DNA from: Kondoa subrosea
Taxonomy: Eukaryota
Length of the DNA: 64,000 bases
Reading direction: 5' to 3'
Assembly: GCA_039545335.1 (NCBI GenBank)
Contig: BCIN01000007.1
Location: 310,001 to 374,000, forward strand
Below are positions 61,256 to 64,000 of this stretch, piece after piece. Position 1 is the first letter of the stretch, and each line of letters opens with the position of its first letter. The notes beneath the pieces are model-generated. The model searched no databases. It was not told the DNA's origin and saw only the letters and a list, made by a program, of their open reading frames with translations. The position numbers were made by a program, and so were the translations under genes.

Positions 61256-64000
61256 TCAGCTGGACGTTGCTACTACAAGTACATCCCGCAACATTGCGCG
61301 AAGCCCAAAACTGCCCATTTGCATAAAGGTGTCATTCAGTCGAGTCATGAGCTGGCGACAATATTGAGCTTTACGTATCAAAGGAGCGTCAGGGAGCACT
61401 CACCTGTCGCAGGAATGCTGTGGTGAGTGATGCGGAGTCTTGTGTCTGGTCTTCTACTACTTCGATCAGATGTTTGTGCTGCAGCCTATTCGAAGACGAA
61501 GATGGCTCCGCTGTGTAGCTGAATGATCGATAAACGTGTAAAACCATGACTGTCCCACAGCATGAGCGACCATCGGAAGTGCTTGTTGAATCACATACAC
61601 GACTGAAAAAGAGCAATGTGCACCTAAACTTGTGTTAGCCTGTCAACTTTGACTCGAAGGGAGATAGTATACCAAAGGCGGTACTTCTTGACCAGCTCGA
61701 ATAGATTGAATGATCGCTACAGCATGGGTGACAGCTCGACCAGCACAAGGGAGAGAAGACCATTTCTGCACTGTTTTCGTGCTCTCTTCTGCTGCTACAG
61801 CTCCTTCTCGACCACAATACACTTCGAGGATCCTGTTGCCTGTGTCAGATTTGATGATCCGCAAGATCTCAAACTGACCTAATATCGGCCAACAAGTGAA
61901 TATTGCAAAGGTGCCAAATTGCTCTTGTAGAGTAGGTATCCTCTTCTGCTATCGGTAATACATCTAAAGCGGAAGCTAAGGCCCGATCAACTTTCAGAGC
62001 AGTATCACTCCTTTCAAGAATCTCATCTTGCAAATTAGGCTGATTGATACGGCTAGTGAGGATGACAGTCAAGATGCAAGATATGAGAATGTGCATTCCG
62101 AACTTGTTCTTGCCTTGTTGCTCGAAAATACGTCTGTACAAAAAGGACGATGAGCGGTAGAAGTAGCGATGCTCCAGAGAACTTACTCAGGTGCGGTGAA
62201 GAGATTTGCTGCTACCTCGTAGAGCGGCCGATTATCTGGCAAAGAGCTGGCTTGTCTGATTCTTTGCCACTGCGAAGCATTTTCAGCAGCGAAGAGGTTA
62301 TCGTCTTCTGGAAGCGACCAAGAAGTCGATCCAGGTCTGTGACACGACATTATAATTAGTATTACAACCCAGATATATTGATGTCAATCACTAACGTGGA
62401 GTAAGGCGGAACCAGAAAGAAAGTCGCGAAAGTGAGATCGTTCAAGCAGAAGCACAGAGCAGTCCTTTTCCTGGTCTCGAAGATGGTCCATCTTTTCCAT
62501 GCTCGATCAACATCATCTCCTTCTTGATAAGGTTCGCATGGATCTGCATCGAAAAGTCCAGCTCGACGAGCGACATTGGCTACTGTCGAATGCAATAATT
62601 GCGTAGCTTCAAGCATTTCTTGATTTCCGCTGACAAGCCAGTATAGTTGTCTAAGCATACTGTGATCTTCGCTTTAGCCGGTATGGGCGCTGGAAAGGCA
62701 AGACTTACTAAGCTTGACAAATTGCTAACGCATCTTTATCTAATCGATCATACTTTGCGGGAACTTGTACTGGAACATAGAAAGACAGGCTAGACTTCTA
62801 CTCTCAGTGATATGATCTCAACAGGCATACTAAGCTTACGTTTCATTCATCTTGGCCATAAGAGCGGAACCTAGAGTTCGGTGATTCTCGTCCTTGCTGT
62901 ACAGCGAGCCAAGAGCGATCATACTGAGCAAAACAAGAGCACTAGTCTTCGCAACAGAGAAAGTCGGTGCATGTAATATCGGCCAATGCGGATGCCACTG
63001 TATAAGATTAATTATTTTTCGGACTGTTCTTCATCGATGACTAACATTGCGGAAGTAGAGCTCCAAGAAGCTACCCAGCTCATTCCGAGGCGGAAAGTCC
63101 ATAGGTATAGCACCGAGATGGTTGACAATACGCTCGTACGAGCTTTGATCGCTGGAGAGAAGATCATTAGTTAACACACAAAGAATAGCTTGATATATAG
63201 CGTACAAAGACATTCTGGCTTCAACGGATTCGACCTCGGAAGTACTAAGGTTCATTCCAGAGCAGCATTGCTGCTTCTTTCGACTTGCTTTAGTAGGCCA
63301 CATGTTGCTGACAGTGTCTTTAGTGTTGCAAGGTTCTTCCATTGAAACTGAAGTGTTCGACCAAGACTCCATTTCGGCATGAGAGAAAGGTCGTAAACCG
63401 GAAAAATCAAAGAGGGAATCATAAGGCAAAGCGGAAGATGGTTCCGACAGACTATCTTCATTGGATAAACTCATCCATTCAACCTCTTTGGCGGCGACCG
63501 CAGAGGGAATGTAAGGAGGAAGAGGTAGCGATTGATTGATGGAAGGCAATTGCGAAGGTCCAGCTTGTGGACCAGCGAAGGCAACAGTGTCTTGTGACAG
63601 CTGTAGCAGTAGAGCGGCGTGATCTTGAGTCGCATTGGTGGCAGGAAGTGCCTTGTTGAGCATGATAGGTTTCACAGGCTGACCAGGATGTGCCGTCTTG
63701 ACATGCCTAGAGTTGGAATTTCAGCCGCTTATCGAAAGACACTGCAATTCCAGGCTTACCTTGCAAGTACATCTTTCCGAACATAGCTGAGCGCATACTT
63801 CAACGCTGTAACACAATTAGACGCAACGGGAAGCTCACCTCTTTGTACATAGAGAGCATCCAAAAGGCTTCTCGCCTGTTGACAATGAGCTCTCGTCTTA
63901 ATCAGAGCAATCCACGTACCTGTGTGGGAGCGTTCATGCCTTTCCAGGTGTTCTGTCTTGTGAAAAGATTTGTCGCAATAATGACATACAAGCGTCAATC
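61256..64000 (-). CDS. C2H2 zinc-finger transcription factor with fungal TF middle-homology domain; 5' end at or beyond the window edge
   Basis: CHYCDKSFHKTEHLERHERSHT-GEKPFG-CSLCTKSYVRKDVLARHVKTAH; FLELYFRN; WKRWTIFETRKRT. Stop at 61256-61258. Confidence 0.88.

Noticed and set aside
1..64000. tRNA, rRNA, CRISPR arrays or intact transposable elements
   Set aside because: I recognised no cloverleaf, rRNA, repeat-spacer, transposase, RT, LTR or TIR signatures by eye. Small ncRNAs cannot be excluded without a covariance-model search.

Overview
Gene-dense eukaryotic DNA with many short (mostly ~45-65 nt) spliceosomal introns showing GTRAGT-type donors, CTRAY-type branch points and YAG acceptors. 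This pattern is typical of a basidiomycete fungus; a Pucciniomycotina-like origin is my inference. I reconstructed about 24 protein-coding genes by joining exons by hand, because the ORF track only shows exon fragments; CDS spans below include introns. In order: AVT-family amino-acid transporter (partial), secreted lipase-3-fold protein, XPA-C-like protein, cytochrome c1, aquaglyceroporin, two tandem Zn2Cys6 factors, UDP-glucose dehydrogenase, SPO11, a large secreted Cys-rich repeat protein, PITH protein, GPI17/PIG-S, a membrane coiled-coil protein, a Bet v1-like protein, a hypothetical protein, a hexose transporter, PAF1, a MYND-finger protein, DUF1769, an RRM protein, an NTA1 pseudo-fragment, a His-rich small gene, NTA1, a small cytochrome b5, UFD4-like HECT E3 and a C2H2 factor (partial). 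Most notable: (1) a soluble cytochrome b5 whose family-like C-terminus and peroxisomal signal (-AKL) are best reached through a non-canonical AT-AG intron; (2) a secreted lipase homolog lacking the catalytic Ser (GHGFGG); (3) tandem transcription-factor paralogs differing by two precisely absent introns; (4) an exon-modular Cys-rich protein divergent from SPO11; (5) several GC-AG introns, including one in SPO11. I recognised no tRNA, rRNA, CRISPR array or intact transposon.
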